From assembly GCF_020745735.1 (NCBI RefSeq), contig NC_083427.1, positions 1,953,438 through 2,017,437 on the forward strand: a stretch of DNA of 64,000 bases, read 5' to 3'. The notes under the pieces were generated by a model. It was not told where the DNA came from. It made no database searches and was given only the letters and a program-made list of their open reading frames with translations. Both the position numbers and the translations under genes were made by a program. This document shows, in pieces, positions 1 to 13,265 of this stretch; position 1 is the first letter of the stretch; every line of letters starts with the position of its first letter. The DNA comes from Hemiscyllium ocellatum (Eukaryota).

Positions 1-480
1 ATTGTTAAGACGCTGAATGTTAACGACCAAGTCCACTGTCGCCCCGTTCCACAACCTTGTCTGCACCTTATCTATCAGAAAGTGATCATTCTGTTCACCA
101 GCTGCATGCATGTAATGACACCAGCAGGTGGAAGTAAAGTATAAATTGTGCATCACAGCCAAAGATTTTCCATCACTTACTATAAGTTGGAGGGGGGAAA
201 CGTTCTGGTAGCTGATTACAATCCTGGGAAGCAGGGAGCATGCCAAACAAAACTGTCATACGTAGCCTTGCGCACAGTAAATCCTCTCGATTTATGACCA
301 ATAAGGACAAAACATTGCTCCTTCATGTTAAGAATATTTTTCATATGTCCCAGGAGTTTTGTTTTGTTCTCAACCCGTAACACACTGCTGAAAGGAGCAT
401 AATATCAAGAAATACTTTTTCAACGATCATTTTATTAAGTTGCAGCGATGGTTAAGGTTTGGAAAAGCAATGGTGGAATT

Positions 481-765
481 TAGATTAGACTTACAGTGTG
501 GAAACAGGCCCTTCGGCCCAAAAAGTCCACACCGACCCTCCGAAGCGCAACCCACCCATACCCCTACATTTACCCCTTACCTAACACTACGGGCAATTTA
601 GCATGGCCAATTCACCTGACCCGCACATCTTTGGACTGGGGGAGGAAACCCACGCAGACACAGGGAGAATGCGCAAACTCCACACAGTCTGTCGCCTGAG
701 TCGGCGATTGAACCCGGGTCTCAGGCACTGTGAGGCAGCAGTGCTAACCACTGTGCCACCGTGCC
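481..765 (-). mobile_element. HE1-type tRNA-derived shark SINE, near full length
   Basis: Reverse complement starts GGCACGGTGGCACAGTGGTTAGCACTGCTGCCTCAC (A box) and GGGTTCAATC (B-box-like). It ends in the CR1/HER1-shared tail GGGCCGAAGGGCCTGTTTCCACACTGTAAGTCTAATCTA. Confidence 0.85.
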
Positions 766-2382
766 ACACAAGAAATATTTTTACAACGATCATTTTGTTA
801 TGTTGCAGTGATGGTTAAGATCTGAAAAAACAATGGTGGAATTTGTTGTGACTGTTCAGTCAAGAAATAGTGAATGTGTTTCACACTATTGGCAGTGTAT
901 GAATTTGTATATCATGAATAATCTCGAATTTCTATCACCTCTGCCTTTGTGCTTTCAGGAATTGCATCATTAGACTATGTGGTGATTGCTGCGTGGAACA
1001 ACAAAGGCAAAAGTGTGAGATTTCCAAGAAATTATTTGTTCTGCAAAACAATAGCGTCATGTAGATTTTGTGCTCGTGCATTTAGATTCAAACCATGTTT
1101 TGTAAAAATAGAGGAATATATTTCATCCTCTTGCTTATGGGTCTGAGCCATGTTTTGTGAAGACAGAGATGTAGAATGGGACAACAATGATTTATTAACC
1201 GGCATGTCAATACATGCAATGCAACATTGGAATTTGATATAGCTTGCTCGTCTGTGTAGGAGAGGAATTTATGGTGCAAAGTTAACAACAGTAGGTCACT
1301 AAATATGCAATATTCAAGGCAGATGCATAGAAAAAATATTTATGTCATTTATTAAAGTAAGGAAAAAAAAACATTTGGCTATGATGCTTTTCTCTCTCCC
1401 ATGTCACTCTGCAGCCGATCCGATTGATGCACAATATCCAGACAGACATGTATCAAGTGTAAACCAACTCCATGACAACCCAGTCTTCCGAATGGACTCC
1501 GTAATTCAGAAATTTATGTCACAGTGCTCTTTTCTGTTCACATCCCTGTATCTTTCTTGACTAAATAACAACGTTTCCTTTCATTAGCCTCTGTCAACAA
1601 AAACTCACACAAACGTGCAGAGTTCCTCCTCTCTAGTATCGCCAGACATAACCCTGCTCCTGCCCCACTGAACTCATCTCTGCATACCTCGACACAGTCC
1701 TGTCCCCCTTCGTCCAAGAACTCCCCACCGACGTTCGGGACACCAGCAACGCCCACTACCTTCTCCATGATTTTCGTTTCCCCGTCCCCAATGCTTTATC
1801 TTCACCATGGACATCCAGTCCCTGCACCCCTCCATCCCCCATCACGAAGGACTCAAAGCCCTCTGCTTCTTCCTTTCCCAAAGTACCAACCAGTACCTTT
1901 CCACTGACACCTCCTCCGACTGACTGAACTGTCCTCACTCTGAACAACTTCGCTTCCCAATCCTCCCATTTCCTCCAAACCAAAGGAGTAGCCATGGGGA
2001 CCCGCATGGGCCCCAGTCATGCCTGTCTCTTCGTAGGATATGTGGAACAGTCCATCATCCGCAGCTACACTCTCGGCACTGCCTCGTGCTCCCACGCGGA
2101 GGTTGAACAGTTCATCCACTTTACCAACACCTTCAACCCCGACCACAAATTTACCTGGACCATCACAGACTCCTCCCTCCCCTTCCTAGACCTCTCCATT
2201 TCTATCTCGAGCGACCGAATCAACACGGACATTTACTATAAATCGACCAACTCCCACAGCTACCTAGACTACACCTCCTCCCACCCTGCCCGCTGTAAAA
2301 AAACGCCATCCCATATTACCAATTCCTTCGACTGCTCCGCATCTGCTCCCAGGAAGACCAGTTCCAATACCAAACAACCCAG

Positions 2383-3213
2383 ATGGCCTCCTTCTTCAAA
2401 GACCGCAATTTCCTCCTACACGTAATCGACGATGCTCTCCACCGCATCTCCTCCATTTCCCGTTCCTCCACCTTTGATCCCCGATCCTCCAATCGCCACG
2501 AGGATAGAACCCCACTGGTCCTCACCTACCACCCCACCAAACTCCATTTACATCGTATCATCCATCGTCATTTCTTCCACCTTCAAACGGACCCCACCGC
2601 CAGGAATATACTTCCCTCCCGTCCCCTCCCAGCGTTCCGAAAAGACCAATCCCTCCGTGACTTCCTTGTCAGGTCCACAATCCCGCCCCCCCCCCCCCAC
2701 ACCAACCCAACCTCCACTCCTGGAACTTTCCCCTGTAACTGCAAGAAATGCAAATCTTGCGCCCATACCTTCCCCCTTACTTCTCTCCAAGGCCCCAAGG
2801 GATCCTTCCCTATCCGCCACAAATCCACCTGCACCTCCACACACATCATTTACTGCATCCACTGCACCCAATGTGGCCTCCTCTATATTGGGGAGACTGG
2901 CAGCCTACTTGCGGAACGTTTCAGAGAACGCCTCTGGGACACCCGGACCAAACAACCCAACCACCCCGTGGCTCAACACTTCAACTCTCCCTCCCACTCC
3001 ACCAAGGAGATGCAGGTCTTTGGACTCCTCCATCGCCAGACCACAGCAACACGATGGCTGGGGGAAGAGCGCCTCATCTTCCACTTAGGAACCCTCGTAC
3101 CACAATGGATGAATTCAGATTTCTCTAGTTTCCTCATTTCACCTCCCCCACCTTGTCTCAGTCCCAAACCTCGAACTCAGCACCACCTTCCTAACCTGCA
3201 ATCTCCTTCCTGA
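2383..3213 (+). pseudogene. Penelope ORF remnant: RT thumb/linker plus GIY-YIG endonuclease (276 aa open segment)
   Basis: The ORF track translation contains IYCIHC..CGLLYIGET, RFRE and HFN motifs. The upstream RT part is frameshifted. Confidence 0.8.
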
Positions 3214-3344
3214 CCTCTCCGCCCCAACCCCCACTCCAGCCTATCACCCTCATTTTAACCTCTTTCCATCTATCGCATTTCAAACCCCCCTCCCCCAAGT
3301 CCCTCGTCCCTACCTTTATCCTAGCCTGCTTGGCACACTCTCCT

Positions 3345-3381
3345 CATTCCTGAAGAAGGGCTCGTGCCCGAAACGTCGGTT
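3345..3381 (+). ncRNA. Minimal type I hammerhead ribozyme motif at the Penelope 3' terminus
   Basis: CUGAAGA (3350-3356), stem II GGGC-UCGU-GCCC, GAAAC (3370-3374), GUC (3375-3377). PLE termini are known to carry minimal hammerheads. Activity is not shown. Confidence 0.65.
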
Positions 3382-3899
3382 CTCCTGTTCCTTGGATACA
3401 GCCTGACCTGCTGCGCTTTTCCAGCAACACATTTTCAGCATATTCCGCTCTTCCCATTATCTTGCATCAAACCCAAATATTGATTCCAAATATTGATGTG
3501 AGAATCCCTTGAGACTGCATTATTCTCAAAGATCACATTTGTCTCTCCTTTCTCATTGCACTGTGGCATTCAAAGCATAGCGTATAACAATTCTCATCCC
3601 ACTGCAGAGTTTAGTTTCGATGCTACCATTCCTTTTCCCACAAGCCTGAATCATGATTGTACTAATTGCAGAACCTCACTCTGTCTTGTAACTCTTCAGG
3701 AATGTTTACTTATATTTCGCAATGAAACTTGTTTCTGCTCTCCCAACATAACAGTCTTTCCATCTTACTTTTGTCCCACATTTCTCTGCTTCACTTCCAA
3801 CAAAGATGAACCAAAACACAATTGGATCCAAAATACAATACTGCCTCACATTCCCTTAAAGAATATAAATTCAAGTCATTGTTGTATTGTGTGAAAACT

Positions 3900-4420
3900 G
3901 AAGATGGAAATGTTAAAAAGGAAACAAGGTAATGTTGCCACTTTGGCAGGCAGAATAGTGAAAAGAAAGAGTGACAATCGCAGTTAAAGTACACAAAATG
4001 TGGTCGATATAAAACATAACACAAAAGGATGAGGAACCGAACAAACAACAGGTCTCACTAGCAGAAAGAAAACAGAAATTTGTTCCGGGGTTGGCACTAC
4101 TGTACAACTTGGAAAGAAATTGAAACTGGGCTTCGCTTGTCTGGAGTTTCGATGAATGACAGGTGATCTGATTGAAACTTAAAAAAAATACTTGAAGAAT
4201 TCAGGATCAGTGCAGGTGATGTGTTATCTCTCACCACCCGCACCTCCCAGTTGTGGAGTTCAGAATCTGACACACAATTTGCAAAAAGGGACTTGAGGAC
4301 AAAATGAGAGGAATCTTTTTCTCCATTCTATGGTGCTGAACCGTTGGAAATTAGTACTGCAGATGGAAAAGGAATTTCAGATTTTAGGAGTATTTAAATT
4401 AAACGTTGACGGATTTCTGA
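3900..4420 (+). mobile_element. Decayed CR1-type LINE 3' fragment
   Basis: CTGGAGTTTCGATGAATGACAGGTGATCTGATTGAAAC resembles the CR1 LEFRRMRGDLIE region. Confidence 0.55.
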
Positions 4421-6699
4421 TTGCCAGTCGTGTTACACGTTATTGGAACACTCTGGCTTTGAGAATTTTAACAGGCACGATCCTATTAACTTGCAGAGAA
4501 GCTTTAGTTGGCGAACGATTCTCGATCTAACGAATTTTTGTTTTTGTAAAAATTGAACGATTTATAAATGTGAGTATTATTTGTCCTCACATAATACACT
4601 GCCTGCTTTGCAGGACCTTAATCTATTGACTGGTAGATCCATGTGGGCTACAACCAGCTGACCAATTTGTTGTTTTATCTGCCCAGTGAAGCGCAGACGT
4701 CATTGTAAACATGAGAAAACAGTGGACTGATTCCAGTGAAGTACAGGTAATCCACTCGTTTCCTTGGAAAGTATGCCTGGAGCATTAAATATTAATGAGT
4801 ACGGAGGTAAAACCTTCTGAGATTGCAGATGACGATGCAATGCGAATTGTAGGAGATGTTAGTTTGTAGATGATTGAACCAGAACGTCCAAGAGTGAAGA
4901 TTTGTACAGGGAATGGTATGGGACTATGTGAGTAAAGGTAGAGGTAATGGAAATGATGAGTTATGATGACTCCAAAGAAGATACCAGTGTGTGGAATGTG
5001 AGGACGAGTGAAATGTTATGGGTGTCGTGGGAGGGATGAGGAGGTGTGAGGAATCAGTTATTAACACCTACTCTCTCTGTCAGTAGTTGTCCCTGATCGA
5101 CAACAATATCATTCCTTTTGTCCTTTGATCATGTCACCTTTGATCTCTAACTGCATGCACCCATTAACACGCACAGCACTGTTTCAGCATTAAGCCTTCA
5201 TGTTTCCACATTGCATTTGAAACATTAATTTTTTTTCTCCTCCCATTCTTACAGCACACCGACTGAGGTTGTGCAGCACTTTCTGTTCCTTCAGTTAAAT
5301 ACGGTTTTTTTAATGTTCTTTTAGCCAATTCAATGACAATTCTGGCAATGTCTGTTTCGCTTCATGAACTTCAATACCAAATTGGGTGTCAATGTTATTC
5401 TTCACGTACTTAGGTTTATCAAGAAAGTGCTGTAAAAATGCAGAATAACGTCTGGTCTCAGCAAAAGTATTTCGAGTTTCACAAAAACGGTCGTGTTGGA
5501 TACAACACTTTGCTTCATTGTAGACAGCTGGAACAACATCTGAATGTATGAGGAATTACGTTGAGAACCAATTTAAGATCAGTTGGGTTCGCTCTCTGGC
5601 ACACGTGTGTGCTGGAAACCATGCATAACACCAGACGGAAGGCTATTCCTCGCAGACATAAAGGTCATCTGTATGCATTGTATGCGTTCTGATTCGACAA
5701 AATTGGTGGCTTGTTCGTTGCTGAGGGCGATGATCTTAATGATCTGGGTCAACAGATCTGATTTGAAATGTAGCAAAGCATTGACTTTAATAGTCAATTG
5801 GTATCAATGTGTGCCTTTTCTGCATTTGACACTAAAGCCTTGCCAAGCAATCACATTCTCCTTGCATTCATTGCTGGCGTTTTCCTTGGACTTGGGACTG
5901 TGAAATTTCCTTATGTCCTTTAATAAAATTTACATGTGTTTCTTCGGATGTAAGATTCTGTCATACCATATGAATAAAAGCAAGTGTGTAAAAGATTTGG
6001 AGATCTGCACTTCTTTTCTGCGCTCTGCTCGATTCCCAACTATATTTAGCGTTTTAATTTTTACACTTCTTTTTGTATTTTAATTTATTGTGCAAATCTT
6101 TTGCTTTCTGGTGTTTACCAGATTTGATAGCCATCCCTTTCATAGTTCTGGTGTTGAGCTGAACAATATCATCTTAGAACGACTTTTGTATTGCACTTCA
6201 TGTTATTTCTCGAAATGTTTCAGTCTAATTCTCTCAGGTAGGACTTGTTTTCAGTTCACTGATGCTAGCCCTCTTACGTTAAGTATTTAAGGCTCGAGAT
6301 TTTAATTCATATTCTTTAAGGCACTTGAGCAATAGAAGATATTATGTTGAGGGTTTCCTTAATTCATGTCAACTTCAGCATGTTCCACATAATTCCTCCG
6401 ACACAAATTCAGCATGACGTACTCAATGCATCTTCTGGAAAACCTTTAATTCAGAAGATGTGACTACAGGAATTAGGGGCAGTAGTGCATCATTCAACCT
6501 CTCGAACAGTTTCATTTTGAAGTACAGCAATCTCCGACCTGATACTTCAACACCGACGTTTTGCATCATTCACATATTTCTTTGCGTTTACATAACCCAA
6601 AATATGTCTGTTTTGAATGTACTCAGCGACAGAGTATCAGAATTATCGCGTGTGGGAAGTTCCAATGTTCCCAACAGATTGAGTGAAGGCGCGTCATAA

Positions 6700-7290
6700 T
6701 TTTGTCTGAAATAAAATCATATCATTGCACATCAATAAACAGACACTTCGGTCCAAATCCATTCCACACAAACATCATAAATCAATCTGGACTAATTTTT
6801 CAATGTTTGGACCATATTCCTCTGAACCCTTCCTACTCATACAGCCGTCGAGACACTATTAATCGTCTTGATTACACCAGCCTGTGCAACTTCCTCCACC
6901 AGCTAATTTCATATATGCACCGCCCTCTGCATGAAGGAAAGTTGGGCATCACGTCCATTTTAAATATTTCCCCTCTCAGCTTTAATATATGAACTCTACT
7001 CGAGGAAAAAGACCTTGTCCATTGAACGTCAATAAACACATCATGATTTTATAAACTTCCATCAGGTCACCCATATAGGGGAGACTTCCGAGGGAAATCA
7101 ATCCCACACTATTCACCTTCTCCCTGGAGCTCTAGCCTTTCAATCCCAGCAACATCATTGCCAATATTTTCTGCATTCTTTAAAGTTTAACAATTTCTTT
7201 CCAAAAGCAGAGGAACAAGCATGGAAAACGTTTTCTCTAAGTGCCAAATTCAATGTCCTGTACAGCTGCAACATGACATGCCAACGCAGT
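6700..7290 (-). mobile_element. Decayed CR1-type LINE 3' end
   Basis: Reverse complement carries the TTGGACCGAAGTGTCTGTT tail and RT C-terminal remnants. Confidence 0.55.
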
Positions 7291-7299
7291 TATACTTGG

Positions 7300-10110
7300 A
7301 TTACTTTGCGTGTCACAATCTGGGGAGTGTAGGGAACAGCAGGACATAGTAGGTGAATGCGTGGCTCAGGAGCTGTGCATGAGAAAATGATTCACCTTAT
7401 TGGAACACTGACATCTCTTTCAAAGTAGAAGTGACTTTGATATGAAGGATGCATGGAATCTGAATTAGAAGGGGTCTAATGTACGAGTGAGGATGTTTGC
7501 TAGAGCTGCTCGGGAGGATTTAATCTAAGAAAGTTGCAGTGTGGCGGATGACAGGGAGATAGTGAGGAATGAAATCAGACTGAAACTGGTTCAGCTGGGG
7601 CAAGGAGCGGGCCAACAGTCAAAGTAGTCATGAGCAAACAGAGGATAGGCATGGTCCATAAGCTCTCAGAAGGATTCTAACGGGGGCAAGAGAGACAATG
7701 AGTGAAGTTTTTGATTCAGGATAATATCACGGAAGTCCATCAGATAGATATTCCTCGCAAAATGCCCAGGCATGTTATTTGGGGAGATGTGAAAAATAAG
7801 GAAGGGTCGGTCGTATTTTCAGGATTGTACGATAGATACTTCAATATTCAGCAGGAAATTGAGAAACAGATTTGTAAAGTGATCTCTGTTTTCTGTAAGA
7901 ATAACAGGGTGGTTATGGTAATGGATTTTGACATTCCAAACTGGATTGGGACTGCCATAGTGTTCAGGGTGTGGATGCACAGGAAGTTGTTAAGTACATT
8001 CAAGAACATTTTCTTATTCAGAACGTGTATGTACGTACTGGAGAAAACACAAAACCTGACCAAAGGTTTGGAAATAAGGCAAGAGAGAGACTGAGGTGTC
8101 AATGGAGGCAAGAGAGAGACTGAGGTGTCAATGGAAATTATGGTTGTGTCCGAGAAAAAGAAGAAGCATATTTCAGGTGCAGACACCAGGGATCGAGCTC
8201 ATCCCTCGAAGAATATAAAAAAGAAGCCTGATACTTAAAAGGGAAGTCAGGAAGGCAATAAGGGGACATGAGATAGCTTTGGCAAATACAATTGTGGGGT
8301 GTCCAGCTTTTTGGGGAATCCAAAGAGATTCTACAAATGTATTAAGTACGAACGAGTAATAAGGTAAAGAACACAGCACCTTAAACATCAGCAAAGCCGC
8401 CTATGTGTGGAACTAAAGGAGATGGGGGAAGTGCAAAATGAACATTTTGCATTAGTGTTGATTGTGGAGAAGCGGATGGAAGAGAGAGACTGTAAGGAAA
8501 TGAATAGCGACGTCTTGATAAATGTCTATATTCAAGATGAAGAGGTGTTGGACGTCTTAAAAAGGCATAAAATTTAATAAATCTGCAAGGCGTGATCAGG
8601 CATATTCTCAAATACTGTGCACAGCTCGGTAAATTATTGTTGTGTTCACTTGTGAGCTATTTATATTATCGATACCCACAGATGAGATACCAAAAGGTTG
8701 GAGTTTGCCAAATGTGAAGCCGCCATTTAAGAAAGATATTAAGTAAAAGCCAGGAAACTATATACTGTGAGCCAGACATCGGTGGCGCATAATTTGTTGT
8801 CAGGAATCCTGTAGGACACGATTTACATGTTATTTGTAAAGGTAAAGACTGATTAGGGATAGTGAACACGACTTTCTGCATGGGAGATCGTGTCTCACTA
8901 ATTTGAGTAAGTTATTTGCGGAAGTATCGAAGAAGACTAATGTGGGAAGAGCAGCAAATGCGATCTTTCTGGACTTCAATCACATGTTCGATGAGGTTCC
9001 TCCTGGTGACTCTGAGCATTGCTCGATCACAGGTAATAGAGGTAGAATTCACCACTTTGGATGCAGAACTAGCTCGAAGATAGAAGACACAGGATAGTGG
9101 TGGACTGTTGTTTTTCAGCCTGGACACCTGTGACCAGCAATATGACCCAAGAATTGGTGCCGGATTCACTACTTTTGGTCATTTATAAAAAAAAATTGGA
9201 TGTGAGCATAGATAGTGTGGATATTAAGATTGAATTTGAGAGCAAAATTGGAAGTATTGTGTACAATGAAGATGTTAGCTTAGAGTAGAACTGCACCTTG
9301 GTCTGCTGGCCCAATGGACCGAGGGCAACTCAAACACTTGCCCTGCCTTCTTTGTCAAGGCGTGACTGATGACGTTTATCTTGATTAAAGGTGAGGGGCT
9401 GCATTTTGAAAAGTCAAATGCTTATCCGTAAAGTTTTGGAGAGTGTTCACTAAATGAAGAGACCTTGGAATACAGTTTCAAAGTTCCCTGAAAATTAAGT
9501 CCATGGTAGGATTGTGAAGAAGACCTTTGGTTTGTTTGCTTTTATTGTCCATTGTAATGAGTATAGAAGTTTCAATGGTATTCTGGAGCTGGACAGGGCA
9601 TTATTGATGGCATGTTTGGAATGCTGTACGCAATTCTAGGCAAGATGTTGTGAAACTTGAAAGTGTTCGTAAGTATATCATAAGATTGTTGCCAGGGTTA
9701 CAGCGTGTGAGATCTTGGGAGAGACTTGGCGCTATCTTCCGTGGAGCGCCGGAGGCTGAGATGTGACCTTATAGAGATTTATCAAACCACGAAGGGAAAT
9801 TTAACGGAGAAGACAAAAGGTACTTTTCCTGGATTAGCGGAGTCTAAACTTTGAGGGCACCAGTTTAAGCTGAAAGTGGAAAAGTTTAAAAAAGACTTGA
9901 GGAACAACATTTCATACAAATGGTGTTGCATGGATAGAATGGGCTGGCAGAGGAGTCTGGAACAACCACACCATTTACAAGGAATCTGAATTGGTATGTG
10001 ATTCATAAAGGATGAGAAGAATATTGGCCAAATGCTTGAAAATGGGGCTAGAGTTATTCAGGACAACAGGTTAGCATGGACAGTAGTCCCGAAGTGTCTA
10101 ATTCAATCCT
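7300..10110 (+). mobile_element. Decayed CR1-type LINE (endonuclease, RT and 3' end fragments)
   Basis: Remnants include NRVVMVMDFDIPNW (EN), GRSCLTNL-like and ANAIFLDFNHMFDEVP (RT), and a 3' tail near 10050-10100. Confidence 0.7.
8077..8134 (+). repeat. Perfect 2 x 29 bp tandem duplication
   Basis: AGGCAAGAGAGAGACTGAGGTGTCAATGG at 8077-8105 and 8106-8134. Confidence 0.9.
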
Positions 10111-10663
10111 GTACTACCTGGGACGCTGTGACATGTTATCGTTTCCCAAATAAGTAATGAGATGAAATACTTATTCAGGTATCACCCATCTTCTGCAGTT
10201 CCATGCCTAGCCTGCCGAGTTGACCTTTACGTCGACATATTCACTCCCTACTTACTCATTTCGCCTTAATTTATTTGTATAGTCTTTTTGGGTTCTCTTT
10301 AAGCATATTTGCCAAATCTATTCCATGTCCCGCTTTGCCCTCCTCATTTCCCTTTTCAGTGTACTCCTACTGAACTGAAACTGCTTGAAGAGTTCACTTG
10401 ATCCTTGTTATCTATATGTTTTATATAACTCATTCTTTGTCTTCAATGGAGTATAACTTCCTCCAGTCATCCTGGACTCCTTACACATGCCAGCCTTGCC
10501 CCTTTCAGTATTGGAACATATTGTTCCTGGACTCTCGTTCCCTATTCGTTTACTGTGAATAACCTCTTCTAAGATTTTGACTATTCTTGCCCAAAAAAAA
10601 TCAAAATCGGAATTAATCAGGTTTCCATTGCTTTAAATCAGGTCGATAAGTTTGCAGCGAGAT

Positions 10664-10870
10664 AAAAGTGAGGACTGAAGATGGTGGACAGGCAGAATCG
10701 AATCATTTGGCGCTGGAAAATCGCAACTATCCAGGTCGCATCCACGCAGGTGGATAATTGATGTTGCAGCCATTAGTCATTCCTCAGTCTTGATGAAGGA
10801 CTGGTGGCCGAAACCTCTAATATTCTACTTCTCGGATGCTGCCTGATCTTCTGTACTTTTCCAGCGCCAC
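10664..10870 (-). mobile_element. Old palindromic Penelope-terminus mini-element (family A)
   Basis: TGGCGCTGGAAAA is inverted against TTTTCCAGCGCCA. The core TTGATGA...CCGAAAC is degenerate, and the AAAGTGAGGACTG tail is on the left. Confidence 0.6.
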
Positions 10871-11129
10871 ATCCAATACTTTTCCAAAACTATTTTAAAA
10901 CCAATATAATTTTAATCACCAACTCCAAAATGCATCCCGACCATTACTCGACCACTTGCCCTGCCTTCTCTGCCAAGAATCGGATAACTTTGGCTCCTCC
11001 TCGAGTATGTTAATCCACATATTTTTAAGAAATATTTATTGAACCCACTTAGCAAAACATCCATACAATAGATTTCATAGTTCATGTTTGGAAATTTAAA
11101 GTACCCCATTACAACCCTATTATTCGTCT

Positions 11130-12560
11130 AGATAGCTGAGATCTCCTGGAAAGAAATGCTTCTCAATTTCGTGCTGTTAATTGCAGACATAGAGTACAAT
11201 CCTAATAAGAAGACGAGCCATTTCTTATTTCTCATTTGATGTTCTCCTGGAATGTCCACCCCAAATACAGCTGTAATGTTTTCCTCAGTGATAAATGCCA
11301 CTCTGCCTCCTCTCTTGACGGCCTGCTATCCTTCCCATAGATGCTATACCACAGAAAATTAAGCTATCAGTACAGCCATTTCTGAGCCACAGTTCTGTAA
11401 TAACATTAATATTCCTGTCCCTAAATCCCAATCATGAACTCAGTTCATCCGACTTCCCGTTCAGGCCTCTTGAATAAGTACAAATGAAGTTTAATTTATC
11501 CCTCGTTCGCTCCCTTGGTTTTGCCTGATTTCAATATTTTATTTGCTTCTGTTCTCAGCTGCACCAGTCTCAGAACTCTGTCTTTGCTCACTATCTCTTT
11601 TAATTCCATCAAATTGCCCCACTTCCTAACGAGTATAAACCCTCGGGAATGGCACTGGCATATCTCCCGCCAAGATATTGTGTCTCTCTTCCAATTTAGA
11701 TGAAATGCCTTCCTTCTTACACAGGTCATCCTCCCCCACAGCAATCCTTTTGTTTAAAAAATGCGAAAGCCTGCCATCTGTAACAACTTCTCAGTCACGC
11801 ATTCCTTTGCTGTATTCTTCGATTCCTACTGTCACTAACACGTGTTACCGGAAGAAATTCAGATATTACTCCTCTTGTGGATTTACTTTTTAAACTTTTG
11901 CGTCGGTTCCTTAAATTCTCGTGTGGCTTTCTCTTCCTACGGCATCGTCTTCAGCGACCTCTTGCTGGTCCCTCTCCCCTTTGAGAATGTTCTGCACCAT
12001 ATCTGAGAATTTCTTGACCCTGTCACCAGGGAGGAAACGCGCATTCTGATGTCTTGGTGTCTGCTGCAAAAATATCTCCTTTTTCTGCTCCTAACTCGAT
12101 AGTCTCCAACCACAATTGCTTGGGAACTGAAATAACATTCATTGCAGTCGAATCAGTGTCAGTTGACTGCCAATGCTTTGTCGTCCTGAGAGTCCATCAC
12201 CATTACATTTTACAAAAGCTCATACTTATTTGAGATAGGGATAGCCACAGGAGATACCTGCGCTCGCTGCCTACCGTTCCTCCCTTTTGTAGATGTAACC
12301 TATCAACGCGACTGACTGCATTTTTCCTATATTCTGGACTTACTATTCATCATGCCCTCAGGTTCTGACAAATGCTTCATTGCCTCTAACTGGCACTCCA
12401 ATTCCATTTGTAACCATACACACTTCCTGCAGACATAAATATCAGTGGTCAAAACCATGCAGCAATATTGTGGCAAATTCTCGCTCTAAATTGCATGACG
12501 ATCTCGCCACGTTTAACTCTCGTAGTAACCGTGTCGGACTACTCACAAGTTCTCCTATTT
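11130..12560 (-). mobile_element. CR1 LINE 5' region with ORF1 SGNH-esterase remnant
   Basis: The minus ORF 11496-11744 (LWGRMTCVRRKAFHLNWKRDTISW) resembles the CR1 ORF1 FWGR..DGLHLNW motif. Confidence 0.55.
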
Positions 12561-13099
12561 AAGTTGTATGTGCAGCCACCTGATAAAATCAATGAATTGA
12601 TATCCCACGCAAATTCTCAAAAAAAAGGGCATTGATTTTGACTTTATGTTCTGGATACTGCAAGTGAGACAGTTGTATTTACAACTACTCTGAAATATTT
12701 TATCTGTGTTGAATGTTTTACTTTCATTGCTTTTCAATTTTCAAAATTCCAAAGAACATAATTCTGAATGATACACTGTTTCTGTATGGAGATACGGATG
12801 TAATCTCCATAACTTTCACACTCTTTAAGTTAGTTGTTTTGAGTGGATTATCGATGCTGCCGTCTGTACAAGCTACATCATGAGTAGATGAACAAGGAGA
12901 CGAAGTTGTCCAGTTGGCTCTCCGGTTCCACCTTTCCCTCCAATAAGATCATGGCTTTTCTGATTTTAATCTGCAACTCTCATTATGTCTACCCATTCAC
13001 TTCCTGAATCTAAGAAACTCTGCCATGAGAAGAAATCAAAGAAACTTGCTGCTGTCTGTTGTTTTTTTTTCAATAAATGAATTCTCAGTATTCACAAAA

Positions 13100-13265
13100 C
13101 TCTGTGAGTGTGTGTGTGCGTGTCTCTGTGTGTGACAGAGTGAGACGGGAGTGCGGGAGAGATATAGAGAGGTTTGGAGAGAGAAAGGAATACGGATTGA
13201 TAGGCAGAGAGAGAGAGAAATGGAAGGAGGGAGTTGGAGGGAGAGTGAGACAAAGAGAGAGAGAA
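13100..13265 (+). repeat. Imperfect (GT)n/(GA)n microsatellite
   Basis: Visible GT then GA dinucleotide runs. Confidence 0.8.

Larger units (their letters stand above)
1650..3440 (+). mobile_element. Penelope-like retroelement (RT + GIY-YIG endonuclease), 5'-truncated and internally deleted
   Basis: Translations include CSCPTELISAYLDTVLSP, GVAMGTRMGPSHACLFVGYVEQ, LPFLDL and HSYLDYTSSHP (PLE RT), a CNCKKC..C linker, and IIYCIHCTQCGLLYIGET...HPVAQHFN (GIY-YIG). It has a C-rich 3' region and a terminal hammerhead-bearing repeat. Confidence 0.85.

Noticed and set aside
496-818. Overlapping short ORFs at the window start
   Set aside because: They are artefacts of the GC-rich HE1 SINE.
5583-5903. 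106-aa minus/plus ORFs around 5.6-5.9 kb
   Set aside because: No recognisable domain or splice structure, and a non-ATG start.
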